Part shown: one piece after another, positions 1-9,460 of the stretch
Layout of the letters: the number at the start of each line of letters is the position of its first letter
Position numbering within the stretch: the first letter of the stretch is position 1
NCBI GenBank assembly: GCA_937625935.1
Contig: OW569383.1
Location: 1-64,000, forward strand
From: Tetramitus jugosus
Lineage: Eukaryota > Protista > Heterolobosea
Reading direction: 5' to 3'
Length of the DNA: 64,000 nucleotides
The notes under the pieces: model-generated
Told to the model about the DNA's origin: nothing
Databases searched by the model: none
The model's input: the letters and a program-made list of their open reading frames with translations, nothing else
Made by a program: the position numbers and the translations under genes

Positions 1-689
1 CCAAACCCAAACCCAAACCCAAACCCAAACCCAAACCCAAACCCAAACCCAAACCCAAACCCAAACCCAAACCCAAACCCAAACCCAAACCCAAACCCAA
101 ACCCAAACCCAAACCCAAACCCAAACCCAAACCCAAACCCAAACCCAAACCCAAACCCAAACCCAAACCCAAACCCAAACCCAAACCCAAACCCAAACCC
201 AAACCCAAACCCAAACCCAAACCCAAACCCAAACCCAAACCCAAACCCAAACCCAAACCCAAACCCAAACCCAAACCCAAACCCAAACCCAAACCCAAAC
301 CCAAACCCAAACCCAAACCCAAACCCAAACCCAAACCCAAACCCAAACCCAAACCCAAACCCAAACCCAAACCCAAACCCAAACCCAAACCCAAACCCAA
401 ACCCAAACCCAAACCCAAACCCAAACCCAAACCCAAACCCAAACCCAAACCCAAACCCAAACCCAAACCCAAACCCAAACCCAAACCCAAACCCAAACCC
501 AAACCCAAACCCAAACCCAAACCCAAACCCAAACCCAAACCCAAACCCAAACCCAAACCCAAACCCAAACCCAAACCCAAACCCAAACCCAAACCCAAAC
601 CCAAACCCAAACCCAAACCCAAACCCAAACCCAAACCCAAACCCAAACCCAAACCCAAACCCAAACCCAAACCCAAACCCAAACCCAAA
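1..689. repeat. Telomere, (CCCAAA)n / (TTTGGG)n, about 115 perfect copies
   Basis: Uninterrupted 6-bp tandem array from base 1, C-rich strand at the 5' end as expected for a left chromosome end. Confidence 0.98.
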
Positions 690-889
690 TCAACTTTCTT
701 TTCAAAAATCAAAAATTTCATCCAAATTCAAAATAGAATCGATCTATCATCTAAAATCTTATCAAACAAGATTAATGAAAGTTCAAATCACTCAGTCCAT
801 TTCTATATCCATCTCTTGACATTCACTCCTCACTCTTTGTCGAAAACGGAAATTCTCTCATTCAATGCTCAACATCTGGATGTTTTTGA

Positions 890-1685
890 AGCAATCTAGT
901 GAGTTAATATATGTTGAATGAGTAATCATTCCTACTTCTCTTCAGTTATGATGGGTTGGGTCTGGGTATTCAACTCTGCATTCAAGAAAAACACAAAATT
1001 TGAGTTCTCATACTGTCAGAGTTCAAATCTCTTATAAGAAGAACTTTTGAAAAAGCTTTCCAGTCTATTACATCTATAAATCTGAATTGTCATTCAGAAA
1101 AGCTAGTAGTCTGTATTTCTGACCCGTTGGATCTTCAAGCTAGATTCAGATTTGAAACTTCACTATTTCACTGACTTACAGGATTTTAAAGCGAAAGGTC
1201 TCAATAATAGATAGAATATCTGATTCTACTGTGATTCTATAATAAAAACTGTCGATTCTATTCCTAAAAACGCGAAATCAAGTCAGTCAAAATTTCAGAA
1301 AAATCAAGTCATAAGACATCAAGTCAAAAAAAATAGTTAGTAGGAAATCATGTTAAAAATGATCAAATAATGTCCCAATACTCTGATCTAAAACAAAGAA
1401 ATCATTTGTCACTAGTACGTCTTATCTCCAGTACAGAATCAAAATCGTCTAAAATCTGTTGCAGTTTTAACACTGTTGCCGATAAAAATCTGTTAAATAC
1501 AGCACAGATATATCGGCTCTACGAGCCGATACAGCTCAAATCGAGTTGAAAACCTCGCCAATCTCTTCACCTCAACCAGCTGAAGCTCCTAGAGCAATAA
1601 AAAATCTCAAAAAAAAAATTACCATATAAGGAAATCGTTTCCTTAGGTTGGGGAATCCAGGATGTATCCCCAAACCCAAACCCAA
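890..1685. repeat. Subtelomeric ~840-bp unit, copy A, ending in telomere tract 1668-1685
   Basis: Colinear with 1720-2527 (GGGTATTCAACTCTGCATTCAAGAAA at 964 and 1795; hairpin core at 1511 and 2355); no ORF; left boundary approximate. Confidence 0.9.
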
Positions 1686-1719
1686 CCTCTCTAAAAAAGC
1701 CAATATCTGGAAGGATTAG

Positions 1720-2527
1720 AGGTAATCAAGTGAATCAATATATGTTTTATTAGCTATACTTCTTATTTCACTTATGTCATGACGGGTTGCGTTTGGGTAT
1801 TCAACTCTGCATTCAAGAAAGAACAAAGTTTTACTTTTCACTCTTTCGGAGCTAATCTCTCGCAAAAGAACCATTTTTCTCAAAGACTCTCAGTCTATTT
1901 CAATCATAAATCTGAAATGTCACTCAGAAAAAGCTAGTTCTCTGGATTTCTGACGGTTTGGGTCTGGCCTTTCAACTATAAACTCGATTCAAATTTGAAA
2001 CTTCACTATTTTCACTGTCTTAAAGTATTTTGAATCGAAAAGTCTCAATAATAGATAAAACATCTGATCATACTGTGATTGTTTGATAAAAATTGTCGAT
2101 TCTATTCAGAAAAACGAAAAATCAAGTCAACCAAATTTCAGAAAAATCAAGTCATAAGACATCAAGTCAAAAAATATAGTTAGCAGGAAATCATGTTAAA
2201 AATGATCAAATAATGTCTCAATACTCTGGTCTAAGACAAAGAAATCATGTTTAACTTGTACCTCTTATCCTCAGTCTAGGATCAAAATCGTCTACAATCT
2301 ATTGCAGTTTTAACACTGTTGCCGATAAAAATCTGTTAAATACAGCACAGATAGATCGGCTCTACGAGCCGATAAAGCTCAAATCGAGTTGAAAACCACG
2401 CCAATATCTTCATCTCATCCTGTTGAAGCTCCGGGAGCAATAAAAAATCTCCAAAAATAAACTGCCAAAAAAGGAAACGTCAAAAAAAGCTGGTTTTCAA
2501 AATACTACGGACCCCAAACCCAAACCC
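1720..2527. repeat. Subtelomeric ~840-bp unit, copy B, ending in telomere tract 2512-2527
   Basis: Direct repeat of copy A at an offset of 831-843 bp; ends in CCCCAAACCCAAACCC. Confidence 0.9.
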
Positions 2528-3780
2528 TACCCTTTCCGACAGTTGACTCAAAACACGAGTCTTTCCTTGCGTCTGTCTTGCTAAAATCCCGTTGGCATTC
2601 TCAAACATCTTCGCACTGAAGTCGACCCATACAATGGTTCACACAAATTAAGCATTTTATCCAGAACTAACGTGTCGGAATAGTACAGAATTTTCTGATT
2701 CATCATCGTATAAGACTGGATAAACTGCTTCACAAACTCAAATTTTCTTTTCGATACTCTTCCTTCGAATAGAGGTACACAATACAACAAAGCGAATTCT
2801 TTCCACTCTTGCGCCTTCCACAAAGCTCTGTGTTGAATAGAGCGGACTTTTCGAGTGAAATGAAATGGAGCTTTAATCCTTCCAATGTCTTCGTCGATGT
2901 GCAATCTCTTTCGTTTCCCCATTTCGTCGAACATGATAGCAGTTATCGTCTTCACAACTCCCAAGTCGATGTAGTGCATCGGATCTGGTGGAGAACAAAC
3001 AGGAAACAAGAGAGACTTGCACTTAGATAGAGAAAAGCTCTCCTTGATTCCTCTCACACACTTTGCTCCTTCTGGTAGCGCAGTAGAGAGGACTTCGTCA
3101 ATGCTCCAAGTCACATTGGTTCTCATTTCATTCAGAATGGTAGTATACCTTTTTGTTTTCTCTTGATACAACACCCTTGACGTAGAATTGAGAGCATGCC
3201 CAGAATCCTCCAGCATGTAAAATTTTTAAGACACGCGCTTGCTTCTTGAGATCTAAGATAACTGTTGTGAGCATTCCATGACAGATGTAGTCTTTACCAT
3301 TAAGAGTTACTTCCCCATCACTCATGACTGAGTTTAACTCATTGGCAACAAGTCCAAGGAAAGTATCCACGTTTTGCTTGATTTTTGAGCTGATCAAACC
3401 GACAAGAACAATGTTCCACGGCAGAAGTATTTCTGACAAAGCAAGCTGGTTGATCACAAGGAAGGCAGGATAAAAAGATCTTTCCAACAAGGAAAAAATC
3501 ACTTTCACTCTGTTTGTAGATGGTGTGAGCTTGTACAAGTCTGGAGGGGAAAAGCTGCACAGACTTTGTGATGGTAACGACCGGTGGTGATGTCACCAAT
3601 GAGTGAAGGATTCTTCACTTGTTGATGATGAGCAAGTAATGACTGGGACTTCTGAAGAACTTCTTTGAGGTCATACAGGACAAAATGCTTCTCCTTGGAT
3701 GGTTGTTGGCCAAGCCTTTCTGAAAGTTGAGCAGGAGTGTAGGATTTCGGTTTGTGAAACAGACCGAGAACCTTCTTGAT
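2528..3780 (-). pseudogene. Disrupted CACTA/EnSpm (CMC superfamily) DDE transposase
   Basis: Motifs in the expected order across frames: IGDITTGRY, TLFVDGVSLYKS (inverted segment), SFYPAFLVINQL, ILDLKKQA, CSQF, DPMHYIDLGVVK, PFHFTRKVR-WKAQEWKEFALLY, LYG, DFSAKMFENANG; frameshifts, an internal deletion and truncation at a telomere tract. Confidence 0.8.
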
Positions 3781-4447
3781 ATCAGAGAATTGCCACTCGT
3801 GCCTTGCTGAAGCTGCACAAGAACATGTCTATTTGTAACCACTGTTGACAAGTACATCAACAAGATGAATACCCAAGTGCAGAGGAAAAGAGAACATGCC
3901 AAAATCATCAATGCAGATGTCATCAGCAACATCCTTGTCTTTGTAGAACCCAACAATCGATGTGACATTGAATTTTTTTCACCTTCGGAGAGTTTTACTA
4001 CTATTTTTAAAAACATACAATTTTAAAAAAATTGCAGTTTAAACAGCAACGACATAAAGGACCAGTTTATTTTGTTTTTGGAGATGTTCTCATTGTACTG
4101 ATGCCTGAAATTTGGACTTGTTTTGCAACTTGAACCAGGTCTCACTCCTTGTTGATTTGAGTTGTGGGGGTAATGGAGGTTAAAGGAAGAGGGTCATTTC
4201 ACTTTGCTGAGTGATGATTTGCGCAACAGATGGAGTGGATATTTGTGTTGGCGATTTTAGGAAGTTAGAGAAATTGGATCGTCCAACGGAGATTCTCAAA
4301 AAAAGGACCATCAAAATGAAGAGTATCAATATATGGAGAAATATACTCTTGCATCTACCTCCACCAGTAACATCAAACGACCTCATTCATACTGATACAA
4401 TCATAACATCTATCATCTCAACTCCATTCATTTTCACGAGACATGAA

Positions 4448-5098
4448 CTATTTCAGACAAATCATCCAAAAACAACGAGGACCAATGTCAAAAATTACCC
4501 TCCAAGAAACACATTTTATCACAGTCCACTCAAACAAAGAGGGTAGTGGAACGACATGTACGAATGGACTCTCTCCTGCAAATCGCCTGCTTGCATCATG
4601 TAAGCTTTCCACCATTCAATTGAACTTTGGATACTCCAAGGCTGCGATAAGAAACGATTTCCGCCACATACTAATGGCCTTTTGTTGCAGAAAGGGACAC
4701 AATTAAAATCCCACAAAACTGACATATCGAGTCCGACCAACCTTGAAATGTGAGTGATCAACATCCCCTTCTTGCTACTCATAAGGGTGCTTACTCTCTG
4801 GCTCATTACATCATTTCGACCTTCACAAATTTCTTCAACATTTATCGCAAGTGATCCATTGTTCAGTTAGCTGAGTCACATTTCTCTTCAATTGTTCGAT
4901 AGGATCTTGAGTATGATGGTACTTGATCGTGTTGTATAGTTCATAGGAGTAATGCCTTGTAATACCTCAGCTAGCTGTGGATACTATCGTCGAATTGTCG
5001 TAGGGCCGGCGACTCCGCATACATTGTCCAGCCCATTTTATAGTCTCATCAACAATAGCTCCCACCAGCACCACATCTGTGTGGCCCTCATATGACTG
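4448..5098 (-). pseudogene. Decayed ORF of unknown function with a CxxC motif
   Basis: One frame reads as protein for ~215 codons (EQWITCDKC*RNL*RSK*CNEPES) with 5 TGA, 1 TAG and 1 TAA internal stops. Confidence 0.55.
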
Positions 5099-5626
5099 TC
5101 CGGAACAACTTAACTTGCACACCATTCAACATATTTCTGCAGTTGAACCACACTTTGTCTTTCTTTGGGACTACTTAAACACTAAAACACTCTCCCTTTC
5201 TGCTCACTTGCCTTCTCTCCACCGTTTCACTACAACCATGTACTATTCTGTTGACCAAAGCTTAGTTGTCCAGCATTGGAGATTTTAATCTCCTTCTTCT
5301 CATCTTGATATATGAATCCATCGATAACGAGTGTTTTTTTGGACATTTGAAATCAATTTCCACAAGCACACAAAAGTTCAAAAAATGAAAGTCAACAAAA
5401 CAATAACGAACAGTCAAACAATATCATTTTGCAGAAAAAATAACAGAGATAATCTATTCCGAGTTGAAGATGGAAGTTTAAAAAAGACTGAGCATTTGGT
5501 CACTCAAAGGCATGGTGAGAAGAATAGCAAGAGTATCCGAGGATTGTCAATCCTCGAAATGCATGTATGTGTGAAAATTGGTTACCCCTGCCACGTTCAA
5601 AGAATCTATCTTGAGAACCAAAGAAT

Positions 5627-5653
5627 GGGAGCGGCCAGATCTTATTTCTTACG
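5627..5653 (+). mobile_element. Solo diverged left end of the GGGAGCGTCC MITE family
   Basis: GGGAGCGGCCAGATCTTATTTCTTACG matches the MITE 5' end at 5771 with 2 mismatches in 27 nt. Confidence 0.7.
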
Positions 5654-5770
5654 AGAATCTTAGTTAGAGAATTGATTTATCGGCAGGATTTACAGATAAA
5701 TTGACCTGTGATAAACAGACTTATCTCTATGAATACATAGAGATTTTAATCTCTTTATTGTTTGTTGTTG

Positions 5771-5965
5771 GGGAGCGTCCAGATATTATTTCTTACGCAC
5801 CCCCTAGGGAGGGGGTCTGAGAAATTTATTCAATATTTTATTCAAAGGGGGTCTCCTAGTAGGAGAATTAATGTAACGTTCGAATTTACAGGAAAATGTG
5901 TTATTCAAATTTATCCAAAACAGGCAGGGAGGGGTCAGAGGTGAATATAATATCTGGACGCTCCC
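5771..5965. mobile_element. MITE, 195 bp, 19-bp perfect TIR GGGAGCGTCCAGATATTAT, 3-bp TSD TTG
   Basis: TIRs at 5771-5789 and 5947-5965; TTG on both sides; homologous copies at 61.3-61.7 kb. Confidence 0.92.
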
Positions 5966-6099
5966 TTGGTACTCTCTTGAATCTCTTTGCTTTTCATCAT
6001 TCTATTCTTTTTTCAACTAGATGTATTGTTCTCATAGTTCTTGTTGACAGTTCTTTCTTTGTGCAAACATCTTTGAAATTGAGTAAATATCCAGACAAC

Positions 6100-6556
6100 A
6101 ATTAGCTTTCGAAATTGAAACAGGGAAAACTGGAAGAAGTGAAAAAACTCATTGTAGACGATCAGGTTAGCATTTTCGATTACGATCAGGTACTATTATC
6201 TCTATTATCATCTTGTTTGTAGTTTTCTAAATAATTTTTGATCGTCTTACTTAACGTCAATCGAAACAATTTTCAAAATCAACAGAAGGGATATGTAAGC
6301 AAATTCAATTCAATTGTCTATCCATTTTCAAACTCTCATTCATCGTTATCAATATGAAATTTAGAATGCATTGCATTATGCTTCTCAGGGGGACATTTGA
6401 ACATTGTGCATTATTTATTGACCACAGCAAAAACACACAACAAGCTCAAGGAATACGTTAACTCGAGAACCAAAACTGAATTGGTATGGTTTTTAGTTAT
6501 TTCTGGTCACTCATTGATTTCTTCTCCTCACTCTTTTTATTTTCTAAAAACAGGAG
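6100..6556 (+). pseudogene. Ankyrin-repeat gene fragment with introns and a 9-nt micro-exon
   Basis: Splicing out 6190-6285 and 6295-6364 gives GKLEEVKKLI..DYDQ|KGY|NALHYASQG-HLNIVHYLL; 1-nt frameshift in the G run at 6388-6392. Confidence 0.7.
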
Positions 6557-7013
6557 GTACGTATGGTTGAGAGAACTTGTCGAATAGAATTTCATTTAGT
6601 TTTGTATGTTCGCTTACTTACCCTAAAAATACTTCATAATTAGCAAGCTGTGCATGTTCAGGTTTTCGGTACGTTGCCTTCTGTCCAAACAGATACTCTT
6701 CCCTCTCAGATGATGGAATGGTAGTCAGCAAATAAGGTGGAGCAATCCACAAAGTGTTAAGATGGCGCTACTGCCACAAGTTGAGTCATCAGATTCTTGC
6801 TCTTCTTGCTCTGTAGAATAATTTGGTTGTAGCCAGCCGTGGTTCTCTTGGGAGGAGGTGACTCTGAGTCACTCCAACGTATAATCAAATTTCTTCTCGT
6901 TAACACAAGACCTGATTGCTTCACACCAGAATAGAAAAAAGATCAAGTTTATCATTCAAAATTGATAAAACACCCGAAACCCATGAGGGAATGATCCTTT
7001 ATGACCAATCCAA

Positions 7014-9338
7014 TTATTGAATGTACAAGTGACAATCAACGTACTGATGCAACAAACTCTCCAGATCACTCAATAATAATAAATTAGCCGAACGGATCAA
7101 AGTTGAAATAAAATCTGTTCGTTCATCTTGGCTATAATCCTTTTCAATAAGCGATACTATCATGTCAATATTTCCACAGTATATCCAAATCAACAAGTAT
7201 TTCATAACATTCTCCTCGATAATGCCCTCAGGAATATCATAGAAATTGATCTCACTCAATCTTGTTTCCTCAAAATCATGATTGAACAAGCAACGGAAAT
7301 ATTCGCATCTTTGAATCAAAATAGGCGCGTCTGCAATCATACAAACCTTCTTTTGATCACTACTAGATCTCACTAGAAGTGTGATAAATTGTGAGTTATC
7401 ATGTTCTGATAGTTGTGTTTTTCTATTGGGTGCACTTTCCAAAACTGTCCATAAATGTCGATCACGATCAGAAGGTTGAACCGCCAAGACATAGTCGTCA
7501 ATACTGTTGGAATTAAGGTCAACATTTTTCAAACCATACCGATCCACAAATAAAATTACTTTGTTGTACATTAGTTTAGCAGTTGGAATCGTGCAATTCG
7601 GATTGGCGTCCATGATTAACTGGATATGTTTTGTGGTGGCGACCACATTTTCACAGGATAGCATAAACTCAAAGTGAGTTAAACATGTGTGAGCTAAATC
7701 GGTCATTTCAAAATGATTTGCAGCAATGTGCGCAATATTAATCAACATTTGATAATTGTTCCGAGCAACAACATCAAGGCGACCACTGTATATGTACAAA
7801 AGTATATGCTTCAAAACCTCACTCTCAATATTGGGAATACTAATGTCCTTGCAACCCCGATCTAGCAACTCTTGGAAGAAAGGATACTGTCGCAATAGAA
7901 AACTGTGACAATTGAATGTGTTTACCAGGATATCTCCCGGATACCTTCCTGATGGATCTAAAAACACTCTTTTCATATCATCAGCATACAACATGACATG
8001 ATGCTCGTAAAACAGTTTTCCTTGAATTTGTTTGTTGAGGTAATTCAACACTGTTTCATCCGATAATTTGACTCTAAATTGCAAAACATTATTTAAACAA
8101 TTGGAATTCTCATCAGAACCTCCAAAAGATGTCATGTCTGCTTCTCCACGGTTGTACCGCGAAATATCCTTGTAAACAAAGTAATTGTCATCATCTAAAA
8201 TCGGGCTCAAGCTTTCCCAAGAATTCAATGAATGTCCAAACACAAAATCATCATACTGATAGTGATGCTTTGTCCACTTCCTTGTGCTCAAATTCAAAGA
8301 CCAAAAATCATTGAGGTCTGTGTTCCCTTGGAAACCTGCTAAAACAAACAATTCGTCCCCATGGATACACGCAGCATGAGCATATCGACTCAATGGTAGC
8401 TCAGAACTCTGGACAGGTTCAATCTTATACCACAAGTTTTCATCAAATCTAAACTCCCAAACATCATTATCTGCATTCGCTCTAACAGTTCTGTTTCCTC
8501 CATACACAATCATTCTCTCCTCATAAGCTTTCATAACTGAAGGACTTCTCCATAGGACTGCTGTATGTTGTCCCAACGTCAACAACTTTTCTTGTTTATC
8601 AGCCATCTCAAAATGAACATCTGTCCATGTCATCGAATTGAAATTGAATTTGAACATTGTAACCTCCAAATATGATCTGGTTGGATATACACCATAAAGA
8701 ACATTGTAACCTCCAAATATGATCATTTCAGTATTGTCGTTAATCAAGAGTGCAGTATGGTTTCTCAGTGGTCCAGGTCCTGTCGTAAGTTCAAAAGAGT
8801 GACACTGCCACCCTCTGTTCTTAATATCAAACTCGTACAACTCACTGCGACAACCAAACAGTGTATGCTCATCTCTTCCTCCATAAACAAAGAGCGAATG
8901 TCTCTGAGGATGATACACCATGGAAGCACTTCTCCTGGGTGATGGAGCTTGCCGATTGGTACCATTGCCAATGAGAAGCTCCACAGACACCACTTGTCTG
9001 GTCAAAAGACACACACTAATACAATACACGTCATTAAAGTGACCGTGATCTGTCGAATCTCTACCACCAAACACATACAAGTGCAATTGATGGGTCAATT
9101 CATCCCTGTGAGCACATGAATTGTGGAAAAATCGAGGCAAAATCTGGACGTAGTCTTCTGTGCTTGCTGTAAACCAGTCTACATCTGACGAAACACCTTG
9201 CAAACTGCTGTTGTTGCTCATTGTTGCCATTGCAATCTTGGGGCTCGTGTCTTCCTGTTTGATTATTTTTTGCGACCTTGAAAGAACTTCCCGAAAGAAA
9301 CTTTCCTGTTGAAGATTTGGCCCGCTCTGGTCCCTCAT
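7014..9338 (-). CDS. Kelch-repeat plus tandem BTB domain protein (LZTR1-like)
   Basis: Repeated LYVFGG/FVYGG/IIFGG kelch motifs, followed by two BTB-like segments (FNCHSFLL..LLYIYSG; ILIQRCEYFRCLFNHDFEE..WIYCG). Confidence 0.88.
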   Translation of the reverse strand: MRDQSGPNLQQESFFREVLSRSQKIIKQEDTSPKIAMATMSNNSSLQGVSSDVDWFTASTEDYVQILPRFFHNSCAHRDELTHQLHLYVFGGRDSTDHGHFNDVYCISVCLLTRQVVSVELLIGNGTNRQAPSPRRSASMVYHPQRHSLFVYGGRDEHTLFGCRSELYEFDIKNRGWQCHSFELTTGPGPLRNHTALLINDNTEMIIFGGYNVLYGVYPTRSYLEVTMFKFNFNSMTWTDVHFEMADKQEKLLTLGQHTAVLWRSPSVMKAYEERMIVYGGNRTVRANADNDVWEFRFDENLWYKIEPVQSSELPLSRYAHAACIHGDELFVLAGFQGNTDLNDFWSLNLSTRKWTKHHYQYDDFVFGHSLNSWESLSPILDDDNYFVYKDISRYNRGEADMTSFGGSDENSNCLNNVLQFRVKLSDETVLNYLNKQIQGKLFYEHHVMLYADDMKRVFLDPSGRYPGDILVNTFNCHSFLLRQYPFFQELLDRGCKDISIPNIESEVLKHILLYIYSGRLDVVARNNYQMLINIAHIAANHFEMTDLAHTCLTHFEFMLSCENVVATTKHIQLIMDANPNCTIPTAKLMYNKVILFVDRYGLKNVDLNSNSIDDYVLAVQPSDRDRHLWTVLESAPNRKTQLSEHDNSQFITLLVRSSSDQKKVCMIADAPILIQRCEYFRCLFNHDFEETRLSEINFYDIPEGIIEENVMKYLLIWIYCGNIDMIVSLIEKDYSQDERTDFISTLIRSANLLLLSDLESLLHQYVDCHLYIQ

Positions 9339-9460
9339 TCATTCCTGGGAATGAGATGAAATTCAGACTTATGACTCAATCCCATGGATTCCACTTTTTT
9401 AATGACATTGTCCTCCCCGATTTGGGGTTTCTAGCCTCTGGAAACTGAGCAAGGAGCAGA

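Noticed and set aside
1-689. Paramecium or other ciliate origin suggested by TTTGGG
   Set aside because: Long genes end at TAA/TAG and contain none internally, and introns are 50-120 nt, so the code is standard
953-966. Opposite-orientation GGGTTGGGTCTGGG (also 1784-1797, 1954-1967) as an inverted telomere seed or telomerase template
   Set aside because: Short, degenerate and differing between copies; no supporting RNA structure
1627-1671. Hairpins TAAGGAAA-TCG-TTTCCTTA and GGGGA..TCCCC as a Helitron end or terminator
   Set aside because: Not conserved in copy B and no properly placed CTRR terminus
1-2527. CRISPR-like reading of telomere tracts separated by long units
   Set aside because: Eukaryotic telomeric hexamer; the intervening units are homologous to each other and ~840 bp long; no cas genes
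5762-6105. Short ORFs here and at 61112-61647 with mutual similarity
   Set aside because: They are translations of the non-coding MITE
6737-6876. GTGGA-GCAA-TCCAC tetraloop hairpin and GTGACTC-T-GAGTCAC palindrome as an ncRNA
   Set aside because: Stems are short enough to arise by chance; no recognisable RNA family
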